From Histomonas meleagridis 2922-C6/04-290x (taxonomy: Eukaryota; Protista; Parabasalia), in contig JAANOX010000236.1 in assembly GCA_020184695.1 (NCBI GenBank), positions 1-64,000 on the forward strand: 64,000 bases of DNA. Direction: 5' to 3'. Positions 33,267 to 46,100 of the stretch are shown piece after piece. The notes beneath the pieces were generated by a model. It saw nothing but the letters and a program-made list of their open reading frames with translations, did not search any database and was not told the origin of the DNA. A program made the position numbers and the translations under genes. The first letter of the stretch is position 1; every line of letters begins with the position of its first letter.

Positions 33267-36254
33267 ATGGGAAAGGGGAGCATGAAACATGAGGATGAAA
33301 TCATAGAAGAAATTCGATTGCTTCTCGATTCCCAAGAAGGAATTATTTCCCAAAGGCAAGTCATTGACATTTTAGAAAAATATTATTCAAAGTTATATGC
33401 AGAACAACAAGGCATAAAAATTATAGCACGTGAACTTTCACATAGAAATATTGCTGTTTTTACTAAAGTTAAAACAGCATCAACTTATCGACCCAATAAA
33501 CATAGCCAACCAATCCAATTATATTTTTCACTCTTTATTTCAACTTCAGTTCCTCAAGAAAGTAAAAATACAAAAATTGCGAATTTTTTAAGAAATTCCA
33601 CACCAAATTATGTTCCAAAACTCAGTCGAACAATATCCAAAGATTTACTATTTGATAACGAAAAAAAGAATATGAAACGTCAGGACACTATGGAATTTCC
33701 TTCAATTAAATTTCGTGCTATGATATTACATCAATTTTTGATCACAACATTTGGTAGTAATCAATTTCAAACAATAGATATTGCTAACACCATTCCTGTT
33801 AGTATTTCTCTCCAAATAATTCGTGGTTTAGATCCATCACGTCCACATCCAAATCTTTCAATAATTGAACCACTTGATAAAACTTCCTCTTTTGAACTCG
33901 AAATCATTCTTCCGTACCTCCGCCTTCCATATCATTTTTTAGTTCATAATAACCAAGTTCAACGTTATGCTGAATTTAAATTTGATCATTATCATATTCA
34001 TAAAGTCTTTGATTTTTTTGGTGATAGATTTTCATTTCCCTGTTATTGGACTCTTTATTTCTCACTTATTGGTGAACATATTGAACATTATCCTATATCA
34101 TTATCATCACGTTTTTCATCATATATTACACATTGCTTAAGCAAAACTCCTTTATCTCGACTTCCTTTTTTCCCACGGGATGTTTTTTTATGTTCTTGGG
34201 ATCTTGGAGTTGATCCAGGTGCGATATCATATGTTGTTCAAAAACTTTTTAAAAAGCGTCTTAAGTCGATTGGCTGTAGTGGTGAAAATTTTATCGAACG
34301 GAAATTTTTTCCAAGTCATGGAATTGTATCTTATTTAGTATACAAATCTTCGACACTTCCAACATCAAAACCTCTATATGAAGATTCCCTTTCATATGAA
34401 TTTAATGTTGAAGGTACATTACAATCACTTGCCAAATTATTTGCTGCATCTCACTTGAGTTCGCGCGGTTACATCCTTAAGCGCCGATCAAATTTTCGGT
34501 TATTCAAACAAAAAGTCAATCTTTGGATTACGACATGTCACAAATTCACCAATTTATTTGCGTCATTAAAAGAAAGCAAAATATTTCGAGAATTAATTGA
34601 ATTTGAGACCGCTCTTTTAATAGAGGAAATGAAATATCCATTTTTACATGAACAACGAAAAGGACTTGTTATAATGAAAGAAGAAGAAGAAAAATTTGAA
34701 GAAGAAGAAGAAGAAATAAATCAAATGAAACATTCGAACTCAATGCATTTTGCAGAAGAATCGAATAAACATTTAGGGAAAATAATGGAAATGTCGCGAA
34801 CTAAATCAAATGAAAACGTAAGTTATAGTATGGAAGACCTCAACGAAGTTTTTACGCATTCATTTCCACCACGCGAATCCATAGCATCGCCTCGTAATGA
34901 ATTTGAACAAACGGAAAGCGAATATTATAGTGAAGATGAACAATTATCTGAAACTGTATTTAACGACACCGAAGAAGAAGAAGAAATTTCCGAACAAAAA
35001 GATGAAGAAGTTGAATATCCGCAATATTCGCCTGAAGAACTTATTGAAGTTACGCAAACGGAATTTTTATCATTATTTCGTTACTCGCAACGAGTTTTCG
35101 ATATTCCAATTACTATATCAGTAACATTAGAATTTGTTAAATGTGTATTATCATCGACAACGCAACATGAACTTAAGTTACGACAACTTACGCAATTTAA
35201 TGACAATGATATTTCCGCGTGTTTAATGATACTTAATTCATTAGGAATAAGTCCTAAGTATAATCAACGAATAAATTTCCCGAAAAGTGATTTAAATGTA
35301 TTGGATCAATTTAAGACAGCGCCGCATCCGCAATTCATTAACTCATGTGATGAAGTTGATTCATTACAAAGTATTCATTGGGATGGACTTGAAACTATAA
35401 AGAACAAAAACATCGAAACATTTACACAACAGAAATTAATTACTAAGAAATATATAAACAATTTTTCCTTTAAGAAAAACAGAAATCAATTTCCGCGATT
35501 AACAAATGTTAATAATTGTAATTATAACAACGAAAATTATATTTATTTATATGATAATGATCCATTAGTACAATATTCATTTGGGAAATATGAAATTGAT
35601 TTTCCTCAAAATGATAACTTCATTCAACGATTTCTATTAAATTTAATAAATGTCGGAGGTCCAAATGGATTAGAGTTTTCGAGAATTATTAATTCATTTG
35701 GTTATGATTATCTTATAAATATTAATGAGATAAATAACGTTATGAATGAAATTGTTGAATTACAAAATAAAAAAATAATTTGTAAAGTTCCAACATCGAA
35801 TTTGGAACAAAGATATTCGCGTTTTTTGCCACCGAATATGTTATGTAAGCCAATATTCGGTAAAGTCGAATTGGTGTCTGTTCACGCTTGGATGCAATTC
35901 GATGGTTTCATCGATGAAGAAAAAGTCGAAAATTTTAGGAAAAATATTTTTGAGTTTATTCAAGAAAACGTTTTTTGTTCTTTTGAGGATATTAAAGAAA
36001 AGTTTTGTTATTTGTCGCCAAACGATTTGTTGGTGTTGTTGAAATCGTTGGAATGTGATGAAGTTATATGTGAGCAAACTTTCGTGGTCGAAGAAGGAAA
36101 TTTGTTCGAAGACGAAATTTCGATTCCAATAAATTTGGGCGAAACAAATGATGTGTTTTTGGCAATGTATAGCGAATATTTAAAAGGAAATGAAAAAAGA
36201 AAAGTTGTAAAGAAATATAAAGTAATATCTATAGATAATTTGAATACTAAATAA
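33267..36254 (+). CDS. Hypothetical ~1000-aa protein; C-terminus resembles the TFIIIC largest subunit (GTF3C1/tau138) C-terminal region
   Basis: Long intact ORF with an acidic linker. C-terminal W..DG.....F...I...I......L...L..LE...I pattern recalled from GTF3C1, not searched. Confidence 0.4.
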   Translation: MGKGSMKHEDEIIEEIRLLLDSQEGIISQRQVIDILEKYYSKLYAEQQGIKIIARELSHRNIAVFTKVKTASTYRPNKHSQPIQLYFSLFISTSVPQESKNTKIANFLRNSTPNYVPKLSRTISKDLLFDNEKKNMKRQDTMEFPSIKFRAMILHQFLITTFGSNQFQTIDIANTIPVSISLQIIRGLDPSRPHPNLSIIEPLDKTSSFELEIILPYLRLPYHFLVHNNQVQRYAEFKFDHYHIHKVFDFFGDRFSFPCYWTLYFSLIGEHIEHYPISLSSRFSSYITHCLSKTPLSRLPFFPRDVFLCSWDLGVDPGAISYVVQKLFKKRLKSIGCSGENFIERKFFPSHGIVSYLVYKSSTLPTSKPLYEDSLSYEFNVEGTLQSLAKLFAASHLSSRGYILKRRSNFRLFKQKVNLWITTCHKFTNLFASLKESKIFRELIEFETALLIEEMKYPFLHEQRKGLVIMKEEEEKFEEEEEEINQMKHSNSMHFAEESNKHLGKIMEMSRTKSNENVSYSMEDLNEVFTHSFPPRESIASPRNEFEQTESEYYSEDEQLSETVFNDTEEEEEISEQKDEEVEYPQYSPEELIEVTQTEFLSLFRYSQRVFDIPITISVTLEFVKCVLSSTTQHELKLRQLTQFNDNDISACLMILNSLGISPKYNQRINFPKSDLNVLDQFKTAPHPQFINSCDEVDSLQSIHWDGLETIKNKNIETFTQQKLITKKYINNFSFKKNRNQFPRLTNVNNCNYNNENYIYLYDNDPLVQYSFGKYEIDFPQNDNFIQRFLLNLINVGGPNGLEFSRIINSFGYDYLININEINNVMNEIVELQNKKIICKVPTSNLEQRYSRFLPPNMLCKPIFGKVELVSVHAWMQFDGFIDEEKVENFRKNIFEFIQENVFCSFEDIKEKFCYLSPNDLLVLLKSLECDEVICEQTFVVEEGNLFEDEISIPINLGETNDVFLAMYSEYLKGNEKRKVVKKYKVISIDNLNTK

Positions 36255-36494
36255 TATGTAATTAATAAATAGATGAAATAAATTAATTTTTTTTAGCTTT
36301 TCTAATCTCTTTGAATTGTTGAATCAATTCTTGTGATAAAAATAGGATTGCATCAATTATATGAAGAGATGCAAAAGTAAGTTAGAGATTAGAGGATTTT
36401 ATTAAATACAAAAATCAATAATATAAAATAATATTAATTTTTATTATATAATTTAACTTTAAAAATATAAATTGTGATCAAAATTGTTATTTCT

Positions 36495-38182
36495 TTAAAT
36501 TGTTTTGAAATTATTATTATTATTATTTTCATTATTATTATTAACATTTTCATTATTATTATTAACATTTTCATTATTATTATTAACATTTTCATTATTA
36601 TTATTAACATTTTCATTATTATTATTAACATTTTCATTATTATTATTAACATTTTCATTATTATTATTAACATTTTCATTAACATTATTATTAACATTTT
36701 CATTATTATTATTAACATTTTCATTAACATTATTATTAACATTTTCATTATTATTATTAACATTTTCATTAACATTATTATTAACATTTTCATTATTACC
36801 ATTATTTTCATTAGAATTATTATTACTTTCATTAACATTATTATTATTAAAATTATTATTATTAACATTTTCATTAACATTATTATTTTCATTAGAATTA
36901 TTAACATTTTCATTATTGTTTTTATTTTCATTATATATATAACGTTTCAATTTATATTGCAGAATACTATTAAATACTTCTTTAATGCCTTCACCTGATG
37001 TCGTACTTATTTCAAAATATTCTGCACCATTTTGTTTCGCAAAGTCCATTGCTTCTTCTTTTGTTACTTTCCTTTCATTTAAATTCTTTTTGTTTCCACA
37101 AATACATAAATATCCTGAAAATGTTCCAAGTAAATTTTGTTTAAAGAATTCAACTGAATGAAATGTTTCTTCATCTTCAACTAAATATAAAATAATCGCT
37201 CATCATATTTAGAATAATATCTTTTCGTTAAAATATGAAATTTCGGTGATGCATCTGAAACAATAATTTTAATATCAATTTTATGTTGTCGAATTTTATG
37301 ACTTTCAAATGAAATATCATTAGGATTTATTCTTAAAAAACTATGAAGAATTGTTAATTTATCTGTAGATGCTAAACCAAAAATAATAATATTTAAATTG
37401 ATAATTTCCATAATTGGCATCGAAAGGATTTTGTCAATCGTTGGACGACGTTTTGGATTAACTTGAAGCATTTTCGAAATAAGATTTCGAATTCCATCAC
37501 TGTATTGTTCTGGTATTGGATCATATTTTCCTTTTGCTATTAATTTTTGAAGTTGTGATCTTCCGAGTGCTTCAAATGGCGGCTTAAGTGCACATAACTC
37601 ATAAGAATACATCCTAATGACCAAATGTCTGTTTTATAATCATATGATTGAAACCTATTGAGTTCAGGCGACATATAAGTTGGGGTTCCTGGTGTAGTGC
37701 TTTGTGAATGAAGAGTTTCAAAAAATTTGATATCTTCAAAATCGCCGAATTTAACATTGTCTGATTTTGTAAGAAAAATGTTTTCTGGTTTTAAGTCACG
37801 TGGATAATATTTTTATGATGAACACATTGAATTGCAGACAAAATTTGAGTGAAGTAATGCATAATTTTTTCTTCTGGAATTGGAGTTTCTGAATTCTTAG
37901 CTGTTGTTATCTTACTTCTTAAATTACCTCCATCTGCATACTCGATAACAAAATAAATTTTTGTGGGATTTTGGTATAATTCAAAATATTTGATAATATT
38001 AGGATGAGAAATTTCTTTCATATTGCTGAATATTTTTTTATATTTTTCAATTTCTTTCTCTTTGAGTACCCTAGTTGAGTATTTTTTGAGAATAAATGTT
38101 TCATCTGATGAATTTTTTTTTGCAGTATAAACTTTGCAGAAGCCTTTGTCATCACACGCTCAACTTTTTGGTAATACTCCAT
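36495..38182 (-). pseudogene. Frameshifted NEK-type kinase fused to a degenerate Ras/Rab-like GTPase with Asn-rich tail
   Basis: HPNIIKY, EYADGGNL, H[fs]DLKPENIFL, GDF, GTPTYMSPE, DIWSLGCIL[fs]ELCALKPPF. Then IIIFGLASTDKLTI, GNKKNL and YFEISTTSGEGIKEVF. Several 1-nt deletions and stops. Confidence 0.8.
36520..36925 (-). repeat. AAT-rich tandem array (mostly 21-nt units) encoding NNNENVN
   Basis: Repeated AATAATAATGAAAATGTT(AAT) units; these produce spurious ORFs in several frames. Confidence 0.92.
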
Positions 38183-38221
38183 AGGTACACTTTGTTTAAA
38201 AAAAGTTATTTAAGAAATATT

Positions 38222-38411
38222 TCAGGAAATGAAAGAAAAAGCGAACTTTAGAAAGCCGTTATAGTCACTTTTTCTGATCTTGGAAGAATTCGGCAATGCA
38301 AAAGCTTCAGCAGACGCACAGTTCTTTGAAACATCTGCTTTAACAGGTTCTCGTATTGATGTTCTTATCACTTGCAATTCAACACTTAGCAAAAAAGGAC
38401 ATAATAATTAA
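38222..38411 (+). pseudogene. Relic of a small GTPase 3' half
   Basis: ...EEFGNAKASADAQFFETSALTGSRIDVLI (G5 FETSA.TG) with a degraded GNKSDL-like segment upstream; no G1-G3. Confidence 0.5.
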
Positions 38412-38482
38412 TTTTACAGAGCATAAAATATTAAAAAAAAAAAAATATTTACTGCAAAATTTACATTTTACATAAGAAATAT

Positions 38483-39988
38483 TTATAAAATACTTGACTT
38501 ATTCCCACGTCTTTCCAATTCTTTCGTAATAATATTTATTTCTCGCTCGCATTCCTCCATCTCGTCAATGATTCGATGCAATTCATCCCACCGCTCTTCG
38601 TCTGTTAAATTTTCATTTTCCTTTTCAATTTGTTCAACTTCAGCAATATTTTCATTTCCGTTTTCTTCTGTTTCCTTATTAATACCTTTTTCCAAATTTT
38701 CGTCTTTTCCAACATTTTCACTTTCGTTTTCATCTGTCATCGCATTATTAACATTTTCATTTTCATTATTTTGATTAATTTCATTTTCATTATTTTGATT
38801 AATTTCATTTTCATTATTTTGTTTAATTTCATTTTCATTATTTTGTTTAATTTCATTTTCATTTGTTTCCGAATTATTTTCTTTTTCGTTTTCATTTTCT
38901 TCTGCTTGTGCATTGTTATTGTTATTGTTTTCTTCTACAAATTGCTCATTTGCATTCGGCTCACTGCCGTCAAGTATTTGCGCTAAGTCGTATTGGCAGA
39001 CGGGGCACTTAACTTGCTGTCCGATCCATCTCTCCAAGCAGTCGAGATGGAAGCAGTGTCCGCACGGAAGTCGCTTTGTGTCTTCGTCGGTCATTTGATT
39101 TCGGCATATGATACAAATTTGTTCGCGCATTAAATCCTCTTCAGTCGCATTCGGTAACGCTGTTTTTAGTATAGAAATCAACTTAAAGAATTTTACGAAT
39201 TTTTGGATCTTTTCATATATCGAACGAACTGATTCATAGACACTACGTAAGATGTATAATGGGAAGTTTACTTGCGTGTATTGGTAGATTAAAAAGATAA
39301 TTTGGAATATGAATCGTATGAAATCTGTGATGAGGCCATTTGTTAATGTTAATCGATATGCAAGTTGCGAATTTCCAAAATTTTCATGGTCCCAGACAAA
39401 AATTAAATGCTGGACAATGTCGGATGTGCTACTAATAAAACAAGAAATTAAGTGCATCGTAAGTTGTAAAATAATTGAATCATGTGTTGATATGAATTTT
39501 CGTAAATATATAAGGAGTAAATAAAATGAACCAGCGGCGTGTATAATTTGGGCTGTAATAATTCGTTTATGTGTATTGGCATTGGTAATTGTGGTGCCCA
39601 AAGAAAATGTTGATATTCTTTCTTCAAAACAAAATGTTATATACTTAAGAAAGAATGGTAAAGGTACAAGAGAAATCTTTTCAAGATCAAGAGAGGCACT
39701 AACCATGAAAAATGAAAAGACCATTTCTGTAATTACATTTAAAACTTTTTCCATAATTTTAGGCTTTTCTACTTGATTCATTTCTCCTATAAATATTTTT
39801 ATCCATATTTCTGAAAGCAAAAGTTCAAGAGCTAGAAGTGCATTAAAACTAATTAATGTATATAATTTATCTGTAATTAAGTAAATACATGTATCATAAA
39901 GATCCCCATCATTAATAGCATATGATTTAAATGCGATTGCTGCAAAAATAGAGAAAGAACCTAAAATATATAAATTCGAAAGCTTCAT
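38483..39988 (-). CDS. Multi-TM RING-H2 E3 ligase, Hrd1/gp78-like
   Basis: N-terminal TMs, CIICRNQM...LPCGHCFHLDCLERWIGQQVKCPVC, N/E-rich tail with 24-nt repeats (NEIKQNNE). Confidence 0.88.
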   Translation of the reverse strand: MKLSNLYILGSFSIFAAIAFKSYAINDGDLYDTCIYLITDKLYTLISFNALLALELLLSEIWIKIFIGEMNQVEKPKIMEKVLNVITEMVFSFFMVSASLDLEKISLVPLPFFLKYITFCFEERISTFSLGTTITNANTHKRIITAQIIHAAGSFYLLLIYLRKFISTHDSIILQLTMHLISCFISSTSDIVQHLIFVWDHENFGNSQLAYRLTLTNGLITDFIRFIFQIIFLIYQYTQVNFPLYILRSVYESVRSIYEKIQKFVKFFKLISILKTALPNATEEDLMREQICIICRNQMTDEDTKRLPCGHCFHLDCLERWIGQQVKCPVCQYDLAQILDGSEPNANEQFVEENNNNNNAQAEENENEKENNSETNENEIKQNNENEIKQNNENEINQNNENEINQNNENENVNNAMTDENESENVGKDENLEKGINKETEENGNENIAEVEQIEKENENLTDEERWDELHRIIDEMEECEREINIITKELERRGNKSSIL

Positions 39989-40116
39989 TTAGTTATAGAA
40001 TTCACAGTAACTGTTATTTATTTGACTAAAATATGGACGATAGACATTATTTGGCCAATTGATTTTTTATGATACAAAAATAAATAGAAATATATTTATT
40101 AATACATACAAATCGC

Positions 40117-43100
40117 TTAAAAATCATAAACAAGAATAGCCTTTTGCTTACTTCCAACAGCAATTACTTTTCTTTCTTGTCCTATTGTACAAATCAAATT
40201 TGAAAAAATAGAATCAGAAACCTTCTTAACCATTTTAAGTGTACTACATTCATACACATAAATTGTTTTGTTTGAGGTAGAAAATATGATAAAGTCTTTA
40301 CAATCAGACGTTGTTAATCCTAACATTACTTCAACAATACCTGATATTTGAACTGACCCAATAAGTGTAGCGCAAAGATCGTAGAGCAAAACCGTTGTAT
40401 TTGAATCACCTGGGAAATAACATGAAATTGCAATAATTCCAGATGGGAAAATTCTGATCATATGAATAGCATTCTTCATATTTTCCAAAGTGAACTTATA
40501 AATGAACCTTCTTCTTCTTAAAGATGTAAAGAATACATCATGACCTTCATCAATTGAAACAATTATATCTAATGTAAGATTACTTTCAATAGCCACGATC
40601 GGCAACAAATGTAATGCAAAAGAGCCAACTATTGATAGGGTCTTTAAATTATAAATACAAACAGCACAATCAGAACCTCCTGTAACAAGATAACGGTCAC
40701 CGGCGACCGTTATGCAGTTTATGATTGACTTTTTGTATGAAAATAAAGTGGTTTCAAAATCGGTTTTAAGGTTCAAGATTTTGACGTGCGTACCTCTTAA
40801 AGGAACATGGAAAAAGAATGGATATGATATATCAAATGTACCATTTTTTTGATCTTTTATTTCTTGGCTTGATTGATCTTTTAAAAGATTTATTAATACC
40901 ATTTTTGATGTTAAAATATATCCATTTTTCATGAAGATTATACTATCATCAAGTTGAGGTTGTATTATAGAGAATGAAGTTGGCTTTAAAGATAATCTCA
41001 TTGGATGAGCATTATTAAATAAACGAGTAGGCATTTTACCAAAGTTTGCTACATGTTGATTTATAAGAGTATCCATTGTTTCATCTGTTTTGAATTCAGC
41101 AATTCGATCTGAATATGTAAATAAATGAAAAACATTATCACATTCTGGTGAATATTGATGGTAACCAAAGATCAGATCGATCCATTTGGGCAGATTTTGT
41201 GATACGTATTCACTTTCAAGTGCTTGCCGATGAATCTCAATAAATTCATAAGGTGTTTTAGCCCAATTTGGAAGAATTACATCATCGACAACATCACCAT
41301 TTAACTTACCCAAATCAAATCCATTTCTATTAACCAAAAAGTACGGGTTACAGAAAAATTCAGGAGTTAATTCTCTAAAATCCATACTAGTGCTTACTAT
41401 ATTTTTCCAAGCGCCTGATATTGAACGGAACAATCTTTCAGGGAAGTCATATTTTCCATCTTGAAGTTTAATATGTAAAGATGAAAAAGGTTCAAGTCTA
41501 ATTAAATAACCGACGACAACCGCCGCGCTTGAATAGTGAGTACGATACAGACACTTTTGAGTGGGATCCGTTATTTCCCCCATCAAATTTCTTAACGTCT
41601 CCAATCTTCTTTGATTTAATGCGCCGATTGGTTTCGATAAATCCCTATAAATTGAAGGGTCATTTAAGTCAATAGTTTCACTATCATAATCCTTAATTAT
41701 CCAAGGGTAAACAGGATATTGAGAAAGGTTATGAAAACTTCTTCCTGATAATAAATTCAAATAAAACAAATATTGGAAATTTGTAATCAAATGATTTTGC
41801 CAAAGTTTTGTAATATTTGATTTCGCAAATAAATCAATTGAAGGAATTGTTTGTACGAAACCATTTAAAGCCTTTTGAATTGGTTCGAATAAACTTGAAT
41901 TATTATAATCAGGTTTATCGAACATTTTTTTAGCATTATGAAGGAACTTATTTCTATTTTCAGTCGTTTCGAATGTGAATAAATAAGAATTACCAATATT
42001 AGTAAATATTTCACAACCAATATCAGAATGAAGATATTGACGATGTAAAATAATTTCGATATTTTTATATGCAATTTCGAAATATTTATAAGTGATATCT
42101 TTTTGATTAATTATCGAATTACCAAAATTATCATCTGCGATTTTCTTACCATTAAATACTATAGTATTATCAGATATATAAATATTACCAGAAAATTGTT
42201 TTGTTAATTGTATTAAAATCACTTTAAAAGATGCGGAAACTTTCTTCTTTTCAACTACTAATGTATGTGTATTATTAAAACTTTGATCTAATACTCTTTT
42301 ATAAGGTATAATCGGCTCATTTTCTTCTTCATTATTATCAATAACTTTTATTGAGTCTCTAAGTCGTGAAGCGTTTTTATGATCATCAAAATTACGATTA
42401 ATTTTCATGAATAAATTCCGTCCAATTAAATCAAGTTTAGGAATTGATTTCCATTTTTTTAACAATGTTGTTTTAGACCAAGGACCACCATTATTAAATA
42501 CTTCTCTAAAGAAAGAAACAGCCAATTTAATATTATGTAAATATAAATGTAATTCATTTTTAGATTGTGCTTCAATAAATAAAACGAAGTTATCATTTGA
42601 ATTAATTAAATTTTCCATTGATATATTATTATTTTTCATGAATTTATTATATTTAGTTATTAAATTTGATATTTTATCAACAAATAATCCATGATATATT
42701 TTAACAGAAAACATTAAATCAAATTCGATTTTTTGATTTAATTCATTCGGTAATTCTAATCCATTTGATATTTTCCTTGATAAACAATCTAAAAACTCTT
42801 CATAACATTGTTTATGTTGTAAATTACTATTTGAATTAAATGATTTCGATGTTAATGAATTCAAATATATAAATAATGAAAATATATTAAATTCTAATGT
42901 TGGAAATAGTTCTATTGATATATGATTATTTTGAATTAATGTTAATAAAGAATAATTAATATGAATTGCTAATGATGCATCAGGCCAATTCTCTTTAACA
43001 TAAGTACCTTTAAATTCAATCGGTAATCTTGAGATTGATGATATATCATTACTTTTATCTTCAACATAATCAAAATATTTTTCGATTGTAATGTTATTCG

Positions 43101-46100
43101 GATAATCATTAAAATTCGGTAAATTTTCTTTTTGTATAAAAGGACCATAAAATATATGTGTAATTGCAGGTATTAAAAACTTAATTAAATGTTCATCATC
43201 TAAATGTTCTGAATTCGATTTAGATAATAACATTTCGAAAAACGAAGATTTTAATTGTGATATATTACATATATCAAATAATTGTATTGAGTCAATAAAT
43301 GTAATAAATTTATCTAATTGATATTCATCTATTATAAATAATTGATATAAAACATTTATAAAGAATTGTGATAAGTTTTGTATGAAACTTTTAGATGGCT
43401 TATGACAATTACAAGCAAATAAAAATAATAAATAACACCAAATATCTTTTTGAAAAAATTTTAGCGATGATTGAATATAAGCAGAAAAACTATATTCGAT
43501 TTTAGTCTTTAAAATATTTAAATTCATTTCTTTGTTTTGATAATATTGACTTACTTGGAATAATAATGGTAAAAATTCGGGATGTACAAATGGTTGTTCT
43601 TTAACTATGAATTCATTATCTAAATTAGTTTCATCATATAAATATAAAAAGATTTGTTCTAATAATTTATCAGTACTTTTCTTAATTGTTTTCGTTATAT
43701 ATAATATCGCTTCATCAAAATTCATTTCTTTCGAATAAAATTTTCCTTCTTTTTCTAATTTACCAATTAAAAATATACATTCGATTACTAATAAAACAAT
43801 TTCATCATCATCATTTATCATATTAATGAAATTTAAATATACATCAGTAATTAATAATGCGTCAATTAAAATTTGATTTTGTAATTTTAAAAAATGTAAA
43901 ATTAAATTTAATGATAAAATTCGTATATTAATTGAGTTATGATATGAAGCTATCATTAATATTGATAAAAATATTGATGGTTTAGCTGCAATATTTATAC
44001 ATTTCTCTAATAATTTCCATTGTAAATCCGTAATTTGAGTCTTTTGTTCATTAGTAATTTCTATATGATAATTTTGTTTTTGAATTTTTGATGAATTATT
44101 AAAAGAAAACTTAAAAATTGGATAATCATGAATTTCATTATAAGATATTTGAAATTGATATAATAATGATCCCAATAAAATCGAAATACTATCAGTATAT
44201 TGGAAATTAGGTTCTAATAAAATTTCTTCTGATATTATATGATAAAGTTTTAATTGAAATTCATATGACATTTTATACCATAAAGAAAAATTTAACCAAA
44301 TGAATTTTAACATTTCTTCTTTTAACTTATGATTATTTAATGCTTTATATATAACAAATAAATCAATTAATACTATGTTCGAAAAACATTTAACATCTAA
44401 GTTAGAAAATATCCCTGATAATAACATAAATCCTCCAATTTCTTCAAATAAGTTTTGATGATGATCAGATAATGTTAATATATATCGAAAGATTAATAAT
44501 ATTTGATGAAACAATTGATCTGCTTGTTGATTTACATTGACATCTAAATAATTAACTAATAAAAATAATGGTAAAATATATTGAAAAATTCCATCGAATT
44601 GTATAACATTATAAACTGTTGAACATAATGGGACTGAACATCCATTAAATTGACATTTATCTCCTTCTTCTTTTACATCATTAATTTCATTAGAATAGAT
44701 ATCAACCATCCATGGCATATACTTTAAGAAAACACATTGTTTTGGTATTTTAAACAAACTAAACTTTTGATATTTCTTATTAATTTTTGTTATTACATTT
44801 GACTTAATAAAAAATATTGGACCAATTTCACCAAAAAAGTTATTGGAGTCAGTAATTAATGAATAACCTATAGATACTTTCATTTTATTATTAAAAATTA
44901 TTTTCGGTAATGAAATTGGTTCAAATAAATTATTATTTAATTGTACTTGGAAATTATTTTGATTAAATATTATTATTATTGTATACCATTGTTTAACTTT
45001 TAAATTTGTTTTAATTAAAAAATTAAAATTTTGATTATCATTAAATATATTTAATATAAATCCATTTTTGTTTACATTAAAATTAATATAATTAATTTGA
45101 TTTTCATATATTGTAAAAAACGTCATAATTTCATTGTTTAATTTTCGTAGGAAAAATGTAAACATAACAGAAAAAGGAAACAAAAAATAATTCGAATCAA
45201 TATTCTCTGTTAAAATTCCTGTTTTATTACCATCGAAAATAAAAAATGAAGAACTTGGATAAGGTTTATAATCACTAGCAATCGATAAAAATGCTCCTAA
45301 TAAATGTTGATGTTTTAAACCTAATTTTTTATTTTCATCAATGTTTAAAGCTTTAAAAGTTTGATATAAAGCTAAAGAACTAAAGAAATATGAACCAATT
45401 AATCTAAATAATGATAATGCTTGAATGAAATATATTTCGGAATTCATTTTATCTAATAAAAATCCAATGATATCACATTGGAAACATTCATAAATATTAA
45501 TAATAGAAACTTCGCAAATATTTTTTAAAAATGTTAAAATTTCATTTTCGAATTTAAAATTTTGACCAATTAATAATAATAATTTTAATGCGCCTCTATT
45601 ATTAATTTTATAAATATTAAATTCATCTTTATTTATAGTTATAATATTTAAAATTAAACAAAATAATAAATGAATGATTTTTTCTGTTATTTCAATTTTA
45701 TCGATTTTTAATTCTAAATTACGATATATATTAATTAAATCATTATTAGTCTTATGTATAAATAATGGATATCGATTAAATAAACTAATAAAGAATTCGA
45801 GTGAAATAGAAAATGATTCAGTCGTTTGAATTATTCCAGGAATTCGAGAAATCAAATCAAGAATTTCAATCTTTTCATTAAATACTTCTTGATCAATCGA
45901 CAAAATTAAATCACGTAAATAACCAATTAAAATTAATGATAAGTTATGTGTAGTTTGATCAAATTCTGATTGATGAAAGACGCCAATAATTAAATCAATT
46001 ACTTCTTTAATAGCTTTAGTACCATTTTCAGATCGTTCCATTACAGGAATAGATAAACCTAATTTAATACATTGTGATAATGACTTTTGATAACGTTCTA

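Noticed and set aside
36434-36998. ORFs 36434-36931, 36474-36998 and 36505-36942
   Set aside because: Alternative-frame and antisense read-outs of the AAT-rich repeat.
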